Assembly (NCBI GenBank): GCA_964443135.1
Contig: CAYUBQ010000002.1
Span: 10,888-74,887, forward strand
Origin: an uncultured Desulfobacterales bacterium
GTDB lineage: Bacteria; Desulfobacterota; DSM-4660; Desulfatiglandales; HGW-15
DNA length: 64,000 nt
Direction: 5' to 3'
Below the pieces are notes generated by a model. The model searched no databases. It was not told the origin of the DNA and saw only the letters and a list, made by a program, of their open reading frames with translations. Positions 16,687 to 25,456 of the stretch are shown one piece after another; positions within the stretch are counted from its first letter, which is position 1, and each line of letters opens with the position of its first letter. Both the position numbers and the translations under genes were made by a program.

Positions 16687-18000
16687 TCAAGCCGTTTCCG
16701 GAGTCGCGATGTCCAAATGCACGTCCCGCTGGGGAAAGGGGATCTCGATGCCGTACTCCTTGAACCGGTCCCACACCTCGAGCAGGATGTCGCTCCGGAT
16801 GTTCACGGTCCCGTTCTGGGGATCCTCGATCCAGAACCTGAGCTCCAGGTCCACGGAGCTGTCTCCGAACCCCACCAGGCGGCAGACGGCCTCCGGCGCC
16901 TCGAGCACCCGGTCCATCATCCTGGCCGCTCCCACCACCAGGTCCATGGCCTTGCGGGGATCCGACCCGTAGGAGATGCCGATGGGCACCTTGAGACGGA
17001 TCTTCCGGCTGGAAAAGGACCAGTTGACCACCTGCTGGGTGATGAGGTCCTCGTTGGGGATGAGGTACTCCTTGCCGTCCCGGGTCACCACGGAGACGTA
17101 GCGGCCCTTGAGGTTGGAAATCCAGCCGTAGACGTCACCCGTCTGGATCACGTCGCCGGGCTTGATGGACTTGTCCAGGAGCAGGATGATGCCGCTCACG
17201 AAGTTTCCCACCACCTTCTGGAGACCGAAGCCCACGCCCACGCCGACGGCCCCGCTGAACACCGCCAGGGCCGTGAAGTCGATGCCCACGCTGTTGAGCG
17301 CCACCAGGAACACCAGGGTGAAAAGGGTGATCTTGACGACCTTGCTCAGGAGCACCGTGGTGGACGGGGTCAGCCCGGAGACCTGCCGGAGCCTCCGCTC
17401 CGCCGTTTCCCCCAGCCAGGACCCCAGCCGGAGGAGGACCAGGAGCACCACCACGGCCTTGAGGAGGGAGAGGAGCGTCAGCTGGACATTGCCGATGCTG
17501 AACCCGAACTCGTCCAGGAGGGCCAGGCCGGGACCGAGCACGCCGATGATGTGAAGCGCGGCGAGCATCCAGGCCGTGCCGGAGACGAACCGCGACCAGA
17601 ACCGGTCCAGCAGCATGGAGGAGACCAGCTTGATGGTCAACCAGGCCACGAGGAGGGTCAGGACGATGCCCAGGAGAAAGGTCTCCCCTCCGGCCCGCCT
17701 CACCACCAAGGAAGCCAGCCAGAGGAGCACCGTGACCGCCGCCGCGGGGACCAGGTGGACCGCCTCCTCCAGCAGCCTCCGGAGCCGGGTCCAGGAGCCC
17801 GGCCGGCCCTCCAGGAGCGCCGCGATCCGCCCTTCGAGGTACCTCCGAACGGGTCGCCCCGCCATCTCGCCCGCCACCACGACCGCCAGGACCACCAGCC
17901 CCTGGACCATCGTCTGGGGGGCGAAGATCCGTTCCCCCAGCCACTGCCGGGCCCCATCCAGCCAGGCCCGCACGTTCTCGGCGGAAAAGAACTCGTTCAT
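16687..18000 (-). CDS. mechanosensitive ion channel (MscS family, extended N-terminal TM region)
   Basis: C-terminal MscS core ...GFGLQKVVGNFVSGIILLLDKSIKPGDVIQTGD..GWISNLKGRYVSVVTRDGKEYLIPNEDLI. Confidence 0.88.
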   Translation of the reverse strand: MNEFFSAENVRAWLDGARQWLGERIFAPQTMVQGLVVLAVVVAGEMAGRPVRRYLEGRIAALLEGRPGSWTRLRRLLEEAVHLVPAAAVTVLLWLASLVVRRAGGETFLLGIVLTLLVAWLTIKLVSSMLLDRFWSRFVSGTAWMLAALHIIGVLGPGLALLDEFGFSIGNVQLTLLSLLKAVVVLLVLLRLGSWLGETAERRLRQVSGLTPSTTVLLSKVVKITLFTLVFLVALNSVGIDFTALAVFSGAVGVGVGFGLQKVVGNFVSGIILLLDKSIKPGDVIQTGDVYGWISNLKGRYVSVVTRDGKEYLIPNEDLITQQVVNWSFSSRKIRLKVPIGISYGSDPRKAMDLVVGAARMMDRVLEAPEAVCRLVGFGDSSVDLELRFWIEDPQNGTVNIRSDILLEVWDRFKEYGIEIPFPQRDVHLDIATPETA

Positions 18001-18158
18001 GATCCTCCTTCGCCGCCCACGTAGAGCATGCGGGCGTACTTGCGGCGCCGTCCCGTCTTCTCGTAGAGCCGGACGGCCTTCTCGTCGGCAAAGTCCACGT
18101 AGAGCGAGAGGCTCCCTCCTTGGCCGGTTCTGTCCCTGTCCCGTCTTCCGTCCGACAT
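17997..18158 (-). pseudogene. possible remnant of the C-terminus of a GNAT acetyltransferase
   Basis: GGSLSLYVDFADEKAVRLYEKTG resembles the last beta-alpha-beta of GNAT proteins, but the acetyl-CoA-binding core is absent. ATGA overlap with mscS. Confidence 0.25.
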
Positions 18159-18259
18159 TCTAGCCTCCCGGCCTTTCCTGCTCAAGCAAACAATCCCGGT
18201 GCGATGGGGATGGCGCACCCCCGGCCTTTGTGATATGGAATGGGGCTCGGGAGGACGAG

Positions 18260-19486
18260 ATGGGACTGTTCAAGATCTTCGCCGGGAAGAGCCCGGAGGA
18301 GTTGGAAGCCAGGGGCGACGCCCTGTTCGAGGCCGGGGAGTTCGGTCGGGGCAAGATCGAGTACGAGAACGCCCTGGAGAAGTGCCGCAAAAAGCCGGAC
18401 CGGGACAAGGCCCTGGAGGGCCGCCTGGTCGAGAAGTCCAGCAGGGCCCGGGAGGCCCTGGCCGTTCGGCACAAGGAGGAAGGGATCGAGATCCTCGACT
18501 CCGACTACGACGAGGCCGCGGAGGAGTGCTTCCGACTCGCCCTGGCGCTCACCGAGGACCCGGAGCTGGTCCGGGAGCTGGAGGGGCTCCTGGACGCCAT
18601 CGGCACCCGACGGCGGTCGGAGCCCCTCCTGCCCGATCCGGACGAGGACCTTTTCGAGGGAAACGACGAGTCCGGCGGCGGTCCCGGCCGCGGCGAGACC
18701 TTCAACGCCCTGCTGAGCTCCCTCCCCGGTCCGCTCCAAAAGGCGTTTCGCGGCTACGGCGAGGCGTTCCGGGACGGCTACGTGGCCTTGAACCAGGGCG
18801 ACTTCCGGCGCGCCGCGGAGAGGCTGTCCGAGGCCCTGGAGGAAAACCCGGAAGGGGACCGCATCCTCCCGGAGCTCGCCACGGCCTACCTGAACCTGGA
18901 CATGCAGACCGAGGCCTGGGACCTGGCCGAGGCGTTCCTCCAGGCCCACCCGGACGACCTCCAGGGCTATCCGGTCCTCTGCGAGGTGCTCTGGTCTTTG
19001 GGCGAGTACGAAACGGCCCTCCAGCGGCTGGACGCCTGTCCCTCCCCCCTGGCCGACTCCCTGCCCATCCTGCACCTGCGGGGAGAGACGCTCCTCCGGG
19101 CCGGGCGGACCGCCGAGGCCGAGCGGCTCTACGAGGAGGCGCAGGAGGCCCACGGCTTCGACCCGGATCTGGCCCGAGCCCTGGCCGGGGTCTACGAGCT
19201 CCGCGGCCGGAAGGAGGAGGCCCGGGACCTCTACGGGAAGCTCCTGAACGAGTGCCGCACCTGCGCGGGACCGAGCGACCCCGTGTCCAAGCAACGCTTC
19301 GCTCAGCTGAGCTTCGAGCTGGGGGACCGGAGCCCCGGCGTGCTCCAGCTCTTTCTCTCCCTGGCCCGGGAGCACCCGGCCGGCCGGGCCGACTACTACG
19401 ACAAGGTCAGCCGGATCTACGCGGACCAGGGAAACCGGGAAGAGGCCGAGCGGTTCGAGGGGTTCGCCCTCCAGGCCCGGGAGTGA
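18260..19486 (+). CDS. TPR repeat-containing protein
   Basis: Repeated A-x-x-x-Y/F-x-x-A-L helical hairpins (e.g. RAAERLSEALEENPEGD, AEAFLQAHPDDLQG, AERLYEEAQEAHGFDPD). Start at MGLFKIF (18260). Confidence 0.75.
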   Translation: MGLFKIFAGKSPEELEARGDALFEAGEFGRGKIEYENALEKCRKKPDRDKALEGRLVEKSSRAREALAVRHKEEGIEILDSDYDEAAEECFRLALALTEDPELVRELEGLLDAIGTRRRSEPLLPDPDEDLFEGNDESGGGPGRGETFNALLSSLPGPLQKAFRGYGEAFRDGYVALNQGDFRRAAERLSEALEENPEGDRILPELATAYLNLDMQTEAWDLAEAFLQAHPDDLQGYPVLCEVLWSLGEYETALQRLDACPSPLADSLPILHLRGETLLRAGRTAEAERLYEEAQEAHGFDPDLARALAGVYELRGRKEEARDLYGKLLNECRTCAGPSDPVSKQRFAQLSFELGDRSPGVLQLFLSLAREHPAGRADYYDKVSRIYADQGNREEAERFEGFALQARE

Positions 19487-19733
19487 ACACGGTCCCCCGG
19501 CTTCCCCTCCCCTTGCACAGTTTTCCGTTTCCGATGCCCAGCTTTCTGTGCTGACGCCGCCCCCGGTCCGGTCTTCTCTCAACCGTTTCCATCCCGGGAA
19601 CGGTCCCTGCAGGCATCGAAGGCTTCCCTCGGCACCTGCATCGCCCCGTACTTTCAGCCGCTTGACCCCGCCGCCTCCGGAACCCCTCAGGTGCCGACCT
19701 CCGTGTGCCCCGATCCCGCCGAAGCGGCATGAT

Positions 19734-19841
19734 TCTTGATGGAGTCGAGAAGAGCCTGGGGCTTCCAGGCACTTCAAGACGGAAGCGGGGCCGCTGAACC
19801 CGGTGCTCGACGACGGTCGCCGGGTTTCCTGAGGAGACACC
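19734..19841 (-). repeat. copy D: degenerate, inverted copy of the ~106-nt repeat family, abutting RAYT-2
   Basis: Shares three ordered blocks with the reverse complement of copy B: TCTTGATGGAGTCG (14/14), TGAACC(C)GGTG, and GGGTTT. Its length (108 nt) is the same. The middle is diverged. Confidence 0.45.
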
Positions 19842-19862
19842 GCTTTCGGGGGAGTTGGAACC

Positions 19863-20945
19863 ATGCCCAGAGCCTCCAGAATCGACGCGCCGGGCGCGCT
19901 CCACCACGTCACGGCCCGGGGAATCGAGCGGCGAAGAATCTTCGAGGCGGACGCCGACCGGGAGGATCTTCTCCACCGCCTCGGAACCCTCCTCCCCGAG
20001 AGCGGCACGACCTGCCTCGCCTGGTGCCTGATGCCCGATCACTTCCACCTCCTCCTGGAGACCGGCACGGTGCACCTCTCCACGGTCATGAGACGTCTCC
20101 TGACCGGATATGCCGCGGGGTTCAACCGGCGGCACGGCAGGAGAGGCCCTCTCTTCGGGGGTCGGTTCCGATCGGTCCTGTGCCAGGAGGAGACCTTCCT
20201 GCTGCCGCTGGTGCGCCACCTCCACCTGAACCCGCTGAGGGCCGGTCTGGTCGACGGCCTGGAGGGGTTGGAGGCCTATCCCTACACGGGTCACGGTGCA
20301 CTGGTGGGGAGGGCGGCGGTCCCGTGGCAGGAGACCGGCCGCGTCCTGGATCGATTCGGCGGGAACGGCCGGTCGGCCGCGGCCCACTACCGCGCCTTCG
20401 TCGCCCGTGGTGCGGCCCTGGGAAGGCAGCCCGACCTGACCGGGGGCGGGCTGGTTCGAAGTGCGGGCGGCTGGAGCCGGCTCAAGGCCCTTCGCAGGCG
20501 CAACGCGGATCCGGTCGGAGACGAGCGGATCCTGGGGGACAGCGACTTCGTGCAGCAGACCCTGGCCCGGGCGGGCGAGAACCTGGAACGGAGGACGCGG
20601 CGGACCCTGGAAGGGGTGACCCTGGAACGGATCGCCTCCAGGGTGGCGGCGCTCTGGGGCATGGAGGATGCCGAGGTCTGGGCCCCGGGCAGGCAGCGCC
20701 GCCGCGTGGAGGCGCGCAGCGTCCTCTGCTACTGGGCGGTGCGGGAGCTCGGTTTCACCATGACGGACCTGGCCCGAAGGCTCGACCTCTCGGTCCCCGC
20801 CGTGAGCAAGTCGGTGCTTCGGGGGGAACGGCTCGTGAGAGAACGGGACCAGGGGCTTCGGGGACCCCCGGCCGCTCAGGCGGGCGGGGGTGATCCGTCT
20901 CAGTCGAACGGGCCTTCCGGCAAGCCCGCTCCGATTCGTTCTTGA
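19863..20945 (+). CDS. RAYT paralogue (HUH fold + DnaA-domain-IV-like HTH) with His at the catalytic-Tyr position
   Basis: Collinear with the gene at 8971 for at least 130 residues (MPRxSRIDxP...MPDHFHLLL...). The motif reads LVRHLHLNPLRAGLV where copy 1 has LVRYIHLNPLRAGVV (CAC at 20217-20219 versus TAC at 9325-9327). Confidence 0.85.
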   Translation: MPRASRIDAPGALHHVTARGIERRRIFEADADREDLLHRLGTLLPESGTTCLAWCLMPDHFHLLLETGTVHLSTVMRRLLTGYAAGFNRRHGRRGPLFGGRFRSVLCQEETFLLPLVRHLHLNPLRAGLVDGLEGLEAYPYTGHGALVGRAAVPWQETGRVLDRFGGNGRSAAAHYRAFVARGAALGRQPDLTGGGLVRSAGGWSRLKALRRRNADPVGDERILGDSDFVQQTLARAGENLERRTRRTLEGVTLERIASRVAALWGMEDAEVWAPGRQRRRVEARSVLCYWAVRELGFTMTDLARRLDLSVPAVSKSVLRGERLVRERDQGLRGPPAAQAGGGDPSQSNGPSGKPAPIRS

Positions 20946-20984
20946 CGGACCGGCCGTACCGTATCGACCTCCGGCCGGTCTGTC
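20944..20984. repeat. 13-bp-stem hairpin starting inside the RAYT-2 stop codon
   Basis: GACGGACCGGCCG (20944-20956) pairs with CGGCCGGTCTGTC (20972-20984) with one G-T pair and a 15-nt loop. There is no T-run, so this is either a REP-like hairpin or a terminator. Confidence 0.4.
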
Positions 20985-21111
20985 AGGAGGATTTTCCCCC
21001 CGTCGCTCCCTCGTCCTCTCTCCTCTTGCGATGGTGCCCCACTTCCGGGTATCTTGCCGGAAGGGTCGGCCGCCGGCCCCCGCGAACGCCCCCTATGCCC
21101 TGGAGGAGGCC

Positions 21112-22314
21112 ATGGAGAGTCAGACTCTGATGGAGCGGGCCCGAGACCTGCAACCCCGCCTGACCCGAATCCGGCGGGAAATCCACCAAAACCCCGAGAT
21201 CGGTTTCCAGGAGATCGCGACCACGGAACGAATCCGGTGCGAGCTGGCCGGGCTGGGCGTGGAAATCCTGCCCCTGAACCTTGGAACCGGCCTCGTCGGG
21301 CTCCTGAGAGGGGAACGGGGCGGCCCGGGGCCGGTCACGGCCCTGCGGGCCGACCTGGACGCCCTGCCCGTGACCGAACGGACGGGGCTGCCCTATGCGT
21401 CCCGCAATGCCCGCGTCATGCACGCGTGCGGGCACGACGGCAACATCACCATGCTTCTCGGCGCCGCGCAGCTCCTCTCCGAGAACCGGGAGCAATTCTC
21501 CGGCGCGGTCAAGTTCCTGTTCCAGCCCGCCGAGGAGATCTTCGGCGGGGCGGAGGCCATGATCGAGGCGGGCTGCCTTCGCGAGCCCACCGTGGACCGC
21601 ATGGTGGCCCTTCACGGGTGGCCGGACATCGAGGTGGGCAAGGTGGGGGTTCAGGCCGGCCCCCACATGGCGTCGGCGGACCGGTTCGAGATCCGCGTCC
21701 GGGGGGCCGGGGGCCACGGGGCCTACCCCCACCTGGCACGTGACCCGGTGACGGCCGCGGCCCACGTGGTGACCGCGCTCCAGACCGTGATCAGCCGGGA
21801 GACGAGCCCCATGGACCGGGCCGTGCTCTCGGTCTGCACGCTGGAGGCGGGGACGGCCTTCAACGTGATCCCGGACGAGGTGGTCCTGGGAGGGACAGCG
21901 CGGTGCGAGAACGAGTCGGTGCGGGCGGCGATTCGGGAGAAGGTGGACCGGGTGGTCCGCGGGACCGCCGGCGCCATGGGCTGCGAGGGCGGGACGGCGT
22001 GGACCGGCCTGGTCCCGCCCCTGGTGAACGACGAAACCGCCTGCCGGGAGATCGCCGGGGCCGCCGAGGACGTCCTGGGGCCGGGGGCGGTGGAGGCCCC
22101 GGGCCTGACCATGGGCTCCGAGGACTTCGCCCTCTTCCTGGAGCAGGTGCCCCGGGGGGCCCTGGTCCGCATCGGTCTGAAGGAGCCGGGAAGGGAGGCC
22201 ATGCGGCTCCACAACGACCGGTTCGACTTCAACGACGACGCCCTGCCCGTGGGCGCGGCCCTGCTGGCCCGGCTGGTGCTCCGGACCCACGGTCCCTCGG
22301 GAAAGGAGAGGTAG
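21112..22314 (+). CDS. M20D-family amidohydrolase (N-acyl-amino-acid amidohydrolase / hippurate hydrolase-like)
   Basis: RREIHQNPEIGFQE, ALRADLDALP, MHACGHDGN, and a C-terminal GSEDFA motif. Start at MESQTL (21112) with GGAGGAGG upstream. Confidence 0.88.
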   Translation: MESQTLMERARDLQPRLTRIRREIHQNPEIGFQEIATTERIRCELAGLGVEILPLNLGTGLVGLLRGERGGPGPVTALRADLDALPVTERTGLPYASRNARVMHACGHDGNITMLLGAAQLLSENREQFSGAVKFLFQPAEEIFGGAEAMIEAGCLREPTVDRMVALHGWPDIEVGKVGVQAGPHMASADRFEIRVRGAGGHGAYPHLARDPVTAAAHVVTALQTVISRETSPMDRAVLSVCTLEAGTAFNVIPDEVVLGGTARCENESVRAAIREKVDRVVRGTAGAMGCEGGTAWTGLVPPLVNDETACREIAGAAEDVLGPGAVEAPGLTMGSEDFALFLEQVPRGALVRIGLKEPGREAMRLHNDRFDFNDDALPVGAALLARLVLRTHGPSGKER

Positions 22315-22329
22315 CCTGGCGGAAAGCCC

Positions 22330-23121
22330 CTACGGCGTGTAGGCGGGAATCCCCAGGGAGTAGCCGCCGTCCACCACGAGGAGCGTGCCCGTGCAGTAGC
22401 GGGATCGGTGCGAGAGGAGATAGCGCACGGCCTCGACCACGTCCTCGGGGCGGCCCTGGTCGCCCAGGGGAATGCGGGACCTCTTGGTCCGGTGCTCGGC
22501 CAGGGCGGCCTCGTCCCGAAGTCCCTCCCGGACCCCCTCGGTGTCGATGAGGCCCGGAAGGACGGCGTTCACCCGGATGCCGTGGGGGGCCAGCTCCACG
22601 GCGAGCACGCGGGTGAGCATGTTGAGCCCGGCCTTGGAGGACGCGTAGTGGGCCACGCCGGGGCGGGCGACCCGGCTGGCCGTGGAGCTCACGTTCACGA
22701 TCCGGCCTCCCCCGCCGCGGGCGATCATCTCCCGGGCCACGGCCCGGGTGGTGAGGTAGGGCCCCTTGAGGTTCGTTCCCTGGACCCGGTCCCACTCCTC
22801 CTCCTCCAGCTCCATGAGCCCCGTGACGGGATAGAGCCCGGCGTTGTTCACCAGCCCGTCCACCCGGCCGAACCGCTCCAGGCAGGCCGCGACCAGCCGG
22901 TCCACGTCGGCTTGTTGCGAGACGTCCCCGGCGACGCAGACGAGCCGCTCCCCGGCCGCCTCGGAGCAAAGACGCTCCAGCCCCTCGCCTCCCCGCGCGC
23001 AGGCCGCCACCCGGCCCCCCCGGGAAAGCAGATCCCGGACCACGGCCCGTCCGATTCCCCGGCTGGCCCCGGTCACGATGACGACCCGATCGGCGACCTC
23101 CTCCGTCACCCGCCGCTCCAT
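22330..23121 (-). CDS. SDR-family oxidoreductase (FabG-like)
   Basis: VTGASRGIGRA, NNAG, and YASSKAG (YxxxK) motifs. Confidence 0.88.
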   Translation of the reverse strand: MERRVTEEVADRVVIVTGASRGIGRAVVRDLLSRGGRVAACARGGEGLERLCSEAAGERLVCVAGDVSQQADVDRLVAACLERFGRVDGLVNNAGLYPVTGLMELEEEEWDRVQGTNLKGPYLTTRAVAREMIARGGGGRIVNVSSTASRVARPGVAHYASSKAGLNMLTRVLAVELAPHGIRVNAVLPGLIDTEGVREGLRDEAALAEHRTKRSRIPLGDQGRPEDVVEAVRYLLSHRSRYCTGTLLVVDGGYSLGIPAYTP

Positions 23122-23154
23122 TCTCCTTGTCCTCCTCGCCCTTTTCGCGGGCCT

Positions 23155-24402
23155 CTAGGTACAGAGCTCGATCACGAGACCGGCGAACACCTGGGCCGTC
23201 TCCACGAGCTCGTCCGCGGTCACGTACTCGTCCACGGTGTGGGCCCGGGAGAAGTCCCCGCCCCCGTACATGATGCCGGCCACGCCGTTCGTGGAGGTCC
23301 AGTAGGCGTTTCCCAGGGAGGAGTAGCCGGCCATGTTGCCCGTGGGAACCACGTCCTTTCCGGTCAGCTCGGCAACCACGGCCTGAACCGTCTTCACGAA
23401 GGGGTGGTCCGGGCCGATCCCGCCGGTCTGCCGGTCGTTCAGGAGGCGCATGCTCTCCACCACGAAGCCGGGGTCCTTCGCCTGGAGCTCCCGGACCGTG
23501 CGGTCCATGAACGCCTTCACCACCTCCTTCTTGCGGGCGGGCCGGATGTCGAAGGTGATCCTGCACCGCTCCGGCACCACGTTGATCGCCTCGCCTCCCT
23601 GGAGGATGCCCAGATTCACCGTGGTGGCGCCCATGAGCGGGTCCTCGTGGACCTCGAACCGCCGCACCGCGCTGGCCAGGTCGATGGCCCGGTCCACGGC
23701 GTTGATCCCCTCGGCCGGGTTTCCCCCGTGGGCCGGCCGGCCCTTGAGGACGTACTCGTACCAGAGCCGCCCCCGCGCCAGGCAACCCACGGTGTCGATG
23801 CCCGTGGGCTCGCCCGCGATGTGGTAGTCGGGCCTGGGAAAACCGTTCTCCTCGAACCCCCGCTCGATCAGGTAGCCCATGCCGGGCCACTGGCCGATCT
23901 CGTCGTCCACCGTGGAGGTGAGGAGCAGGTCCCCCTGGAGCTCCACCCCCGCTTCCCGGAGCGCCCGGTAGACGATGAGCTGGACCGCCAGGTGGGCCTT
24001 GGTGTCCTCGGCCCCGCGGCCGTAGATGCGCCCGTCGTGGAGCTCGCCGCCGAAGGGCGGGTGGCTCCAGGCGCTCTCGTCGCCCGTCCCCACCACGTCC
24101 ATGTGGGCGTCCAGGCAGAAGACCGGGCCGTTCCCGTTTCCGCGGACCCGGGCCACCACGTTGGGCCTGGGGACGGTGAGCCCCAGAGCCTCGATCTCCT
24201 CCCTCGGGGCCTCCACCACCATGGGGTCCAGCCCCTCGGCCCGGTAGTTCCCGAGCATGGCCTCGGCCATGCGGGCGTAGTCCCCGGGCGGGTTCACCGA
24301 GGGGATGCGAACCAGTTCCCGGGTGATGCGGATCAGGTCGTCCCGGGCCTGTTCCACCCGGGCGGCGACCGCCGCGCGAAGCGCCTTCTTGTCCGTGCTC
24401 AT
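23155..24402 (-). CDS. M20-family metallopeptidase (ArgE/DapE/ACY1-like)
   Basis: LVRIPSVNPPGD, LDAHMDVV, GRGAEDTK, and TVDDEIG metal-ligand motifs. Confidence 0.88.
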   Translation of the reverse strand: MSTDKKALRAAVAARVEQARDDLIRITRELVRIPSVNPPGDYARMAEAMLGNYRAEGLDPMVVEAPREEIEALGLTVPRPNVVARVRGNGNGPVFCLDAHMDVVGTGDESAWSHPPFGGELHDGRIYGRGAEDTKAHLAVQLIVYRALREAGVELQGDLLLTSTVDDEIGQWPGMGYLIERGFEENGFPRPDYHIAGEPTGIDTVGCLARGRLWYEYVLKGRPAHGGNPAEGINAVDRAIDLASAVRRFEVHEDPLMGATTVNLGILQGGEAINVVPERCRITFDIRPARKKEVVKAFMDRTVRELQAKDPGFVVESMRLLNDRQTGGIGPDHPFVKTVQAVVAELTGKDVVPTGNMAGYSSLGNAYWTSTNGVAGIMYGGGDFSRAHTVDEYVTADELVETAQVFAGLVIELCT

Positions 24403-24421
24403 GTCAGCCTCCTGATGTACT

Positions 24422-24460
<39 letters not shown>

Positions 24461-24472
24461 AATGGCGTGAGC

Positions 24473-25456
24473 TCAGCCTTCGCCGCCCTTCAAGTGGCAG
24501 GCGATCCACCGGCCGTCCGGTCCGGGACGCAGATCCGGCACCTCGCGGCGGCAGGCCTCGATCTCGTGGGGGCAGCGGGGCCAGAACCGGCAGCCCGGCG
24601 GGAAGCTCTCGGGGTCGGGCGGCTCCCCGATGCCCTGGGCCTCTTCCGTGCCGGTCCCCGGCCTCTTCCCGATCATCGGGATGGCCGAGATGAGGAGGCG
24701 CGTGTAGGGATGGACCGGACGGTCGAAGAGGGCCGCCGTCTCCCCCATCTCCACGACCCTTCCGGCGTACATGACCGCCAGCCGGTTGCACATCATGCGC
24801 ACCACGCTCAGGTTGTGGGAGATGAAGATGTAGGTCAGGTCGAACCGCTCCTTCAGGTCCAGGAACAGCTTGAGGATGGTGGCCTGGACCGAGACGTCGA
24901 GACCCGAGGTGGGCTCGTCCAGGACCACCAGGGAGGGGTTCAGGCAGAGGATGCGGGCCAGCCCCAGCCTCCGCTGCTGCCCGCCGCTGAACTCGTGGGG
25001 GTAGAGCGAGAGGTGCTCCTCGCCCAGGCCCACCGCGGCCAGCATCTCCCGGACCCGCTCCCGAACCGACCGGCGGTCCAGGTCCGTGTGAATGACCAGG
25101 GGCTCGGCCAGGATCCGGCGCACCTTCCACATGGGGTCCAGGGAGGAGCCCGGGTCCTGGTAGACGTACTGGATCTCCCGCTTGAGCCGGGTGGAAGCCC
25201 GTCTGCTCAGACGGGTGATGTCCCGCCCCTTGAAGCGGACCTCCCCCTCGGTGGGCCGGTAGATGCCCAGGATGGTCTTGCCCAGGGTGGACTTGCCGCA
25301 CCCGCTCTCGCCCACCACGCCGAAGGTCTCGCCCGGAAGGACCTGGAAGGTGACGCCGTCCAGGGCCTTGACCCGCCGCAGCTTCCCCTCCAGGAAGCCC
25401 CCGGAGCCCTTGAAGTGCTTGCGCAGGCTGTAAACGTCCAGAATGGGCTCTGTCAT
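24473..25456 (-). CDS. peptide/nickel-type ABC transporter ATP-binding protein (DppF/OppF-like)
   Basis: Walker A GESGCGKST, LSGGQ-like FSGGQQRR, Walker B VVLDEPTSGLD, and a C-terminal oligopeptide-ATPase Cys motif. Start at MTEPILD (complement of 25454-25456), ATGA overlap with the upstream gene. Confidence 0.9.
   Translation of the reverse strand: MTEPILDVYSLRKHFKGSGGFLEGKLRRVKALDGVTFQVLPGETFGVVGESGCGKSTLGKTILGIYRPTEGEVRFKGRDITRLSRRASTRLKREIQYVYQDPGSSLDPMWKVRRILAEPLVIHTDLDRRSVRERVREMLAAVGLGEEHLSLYPHEFSGGQQRRLGLARILCLNPSLVVLDEPTSGLDVSVQATILKLFLDLKERFDLTYIFISHNLSVVRMMCNRLAVMYAGRVVEMGETAALFDRPVHPYTRLLISAIPMIGKRPGTGTEEAQGIGEPPDPESFPPGCRFWPRCPHEIEACRREVPDLRPGPDGRWIACHLKGGEG

Noticed and set aside
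19487-19733. Possible gene or ncRNA in the 375-nt gap between the TPR gene and RAYT-2 (track ORF 19548..19739)
   Set aside because: The ORF is Pro/Arg-rich with no start context. I could not find a promoter/terminator pair or conserved structure by eye, so it is left unannotated.
20943-20960. TGACGGACCGG after RAYT-2 as another copy of the 106-nt repeat head (resembles the TGACGGATCC of copy C)
   Set aside because: The similarity ends after about 9 nt. The following sequence is an unrelated hairpin.
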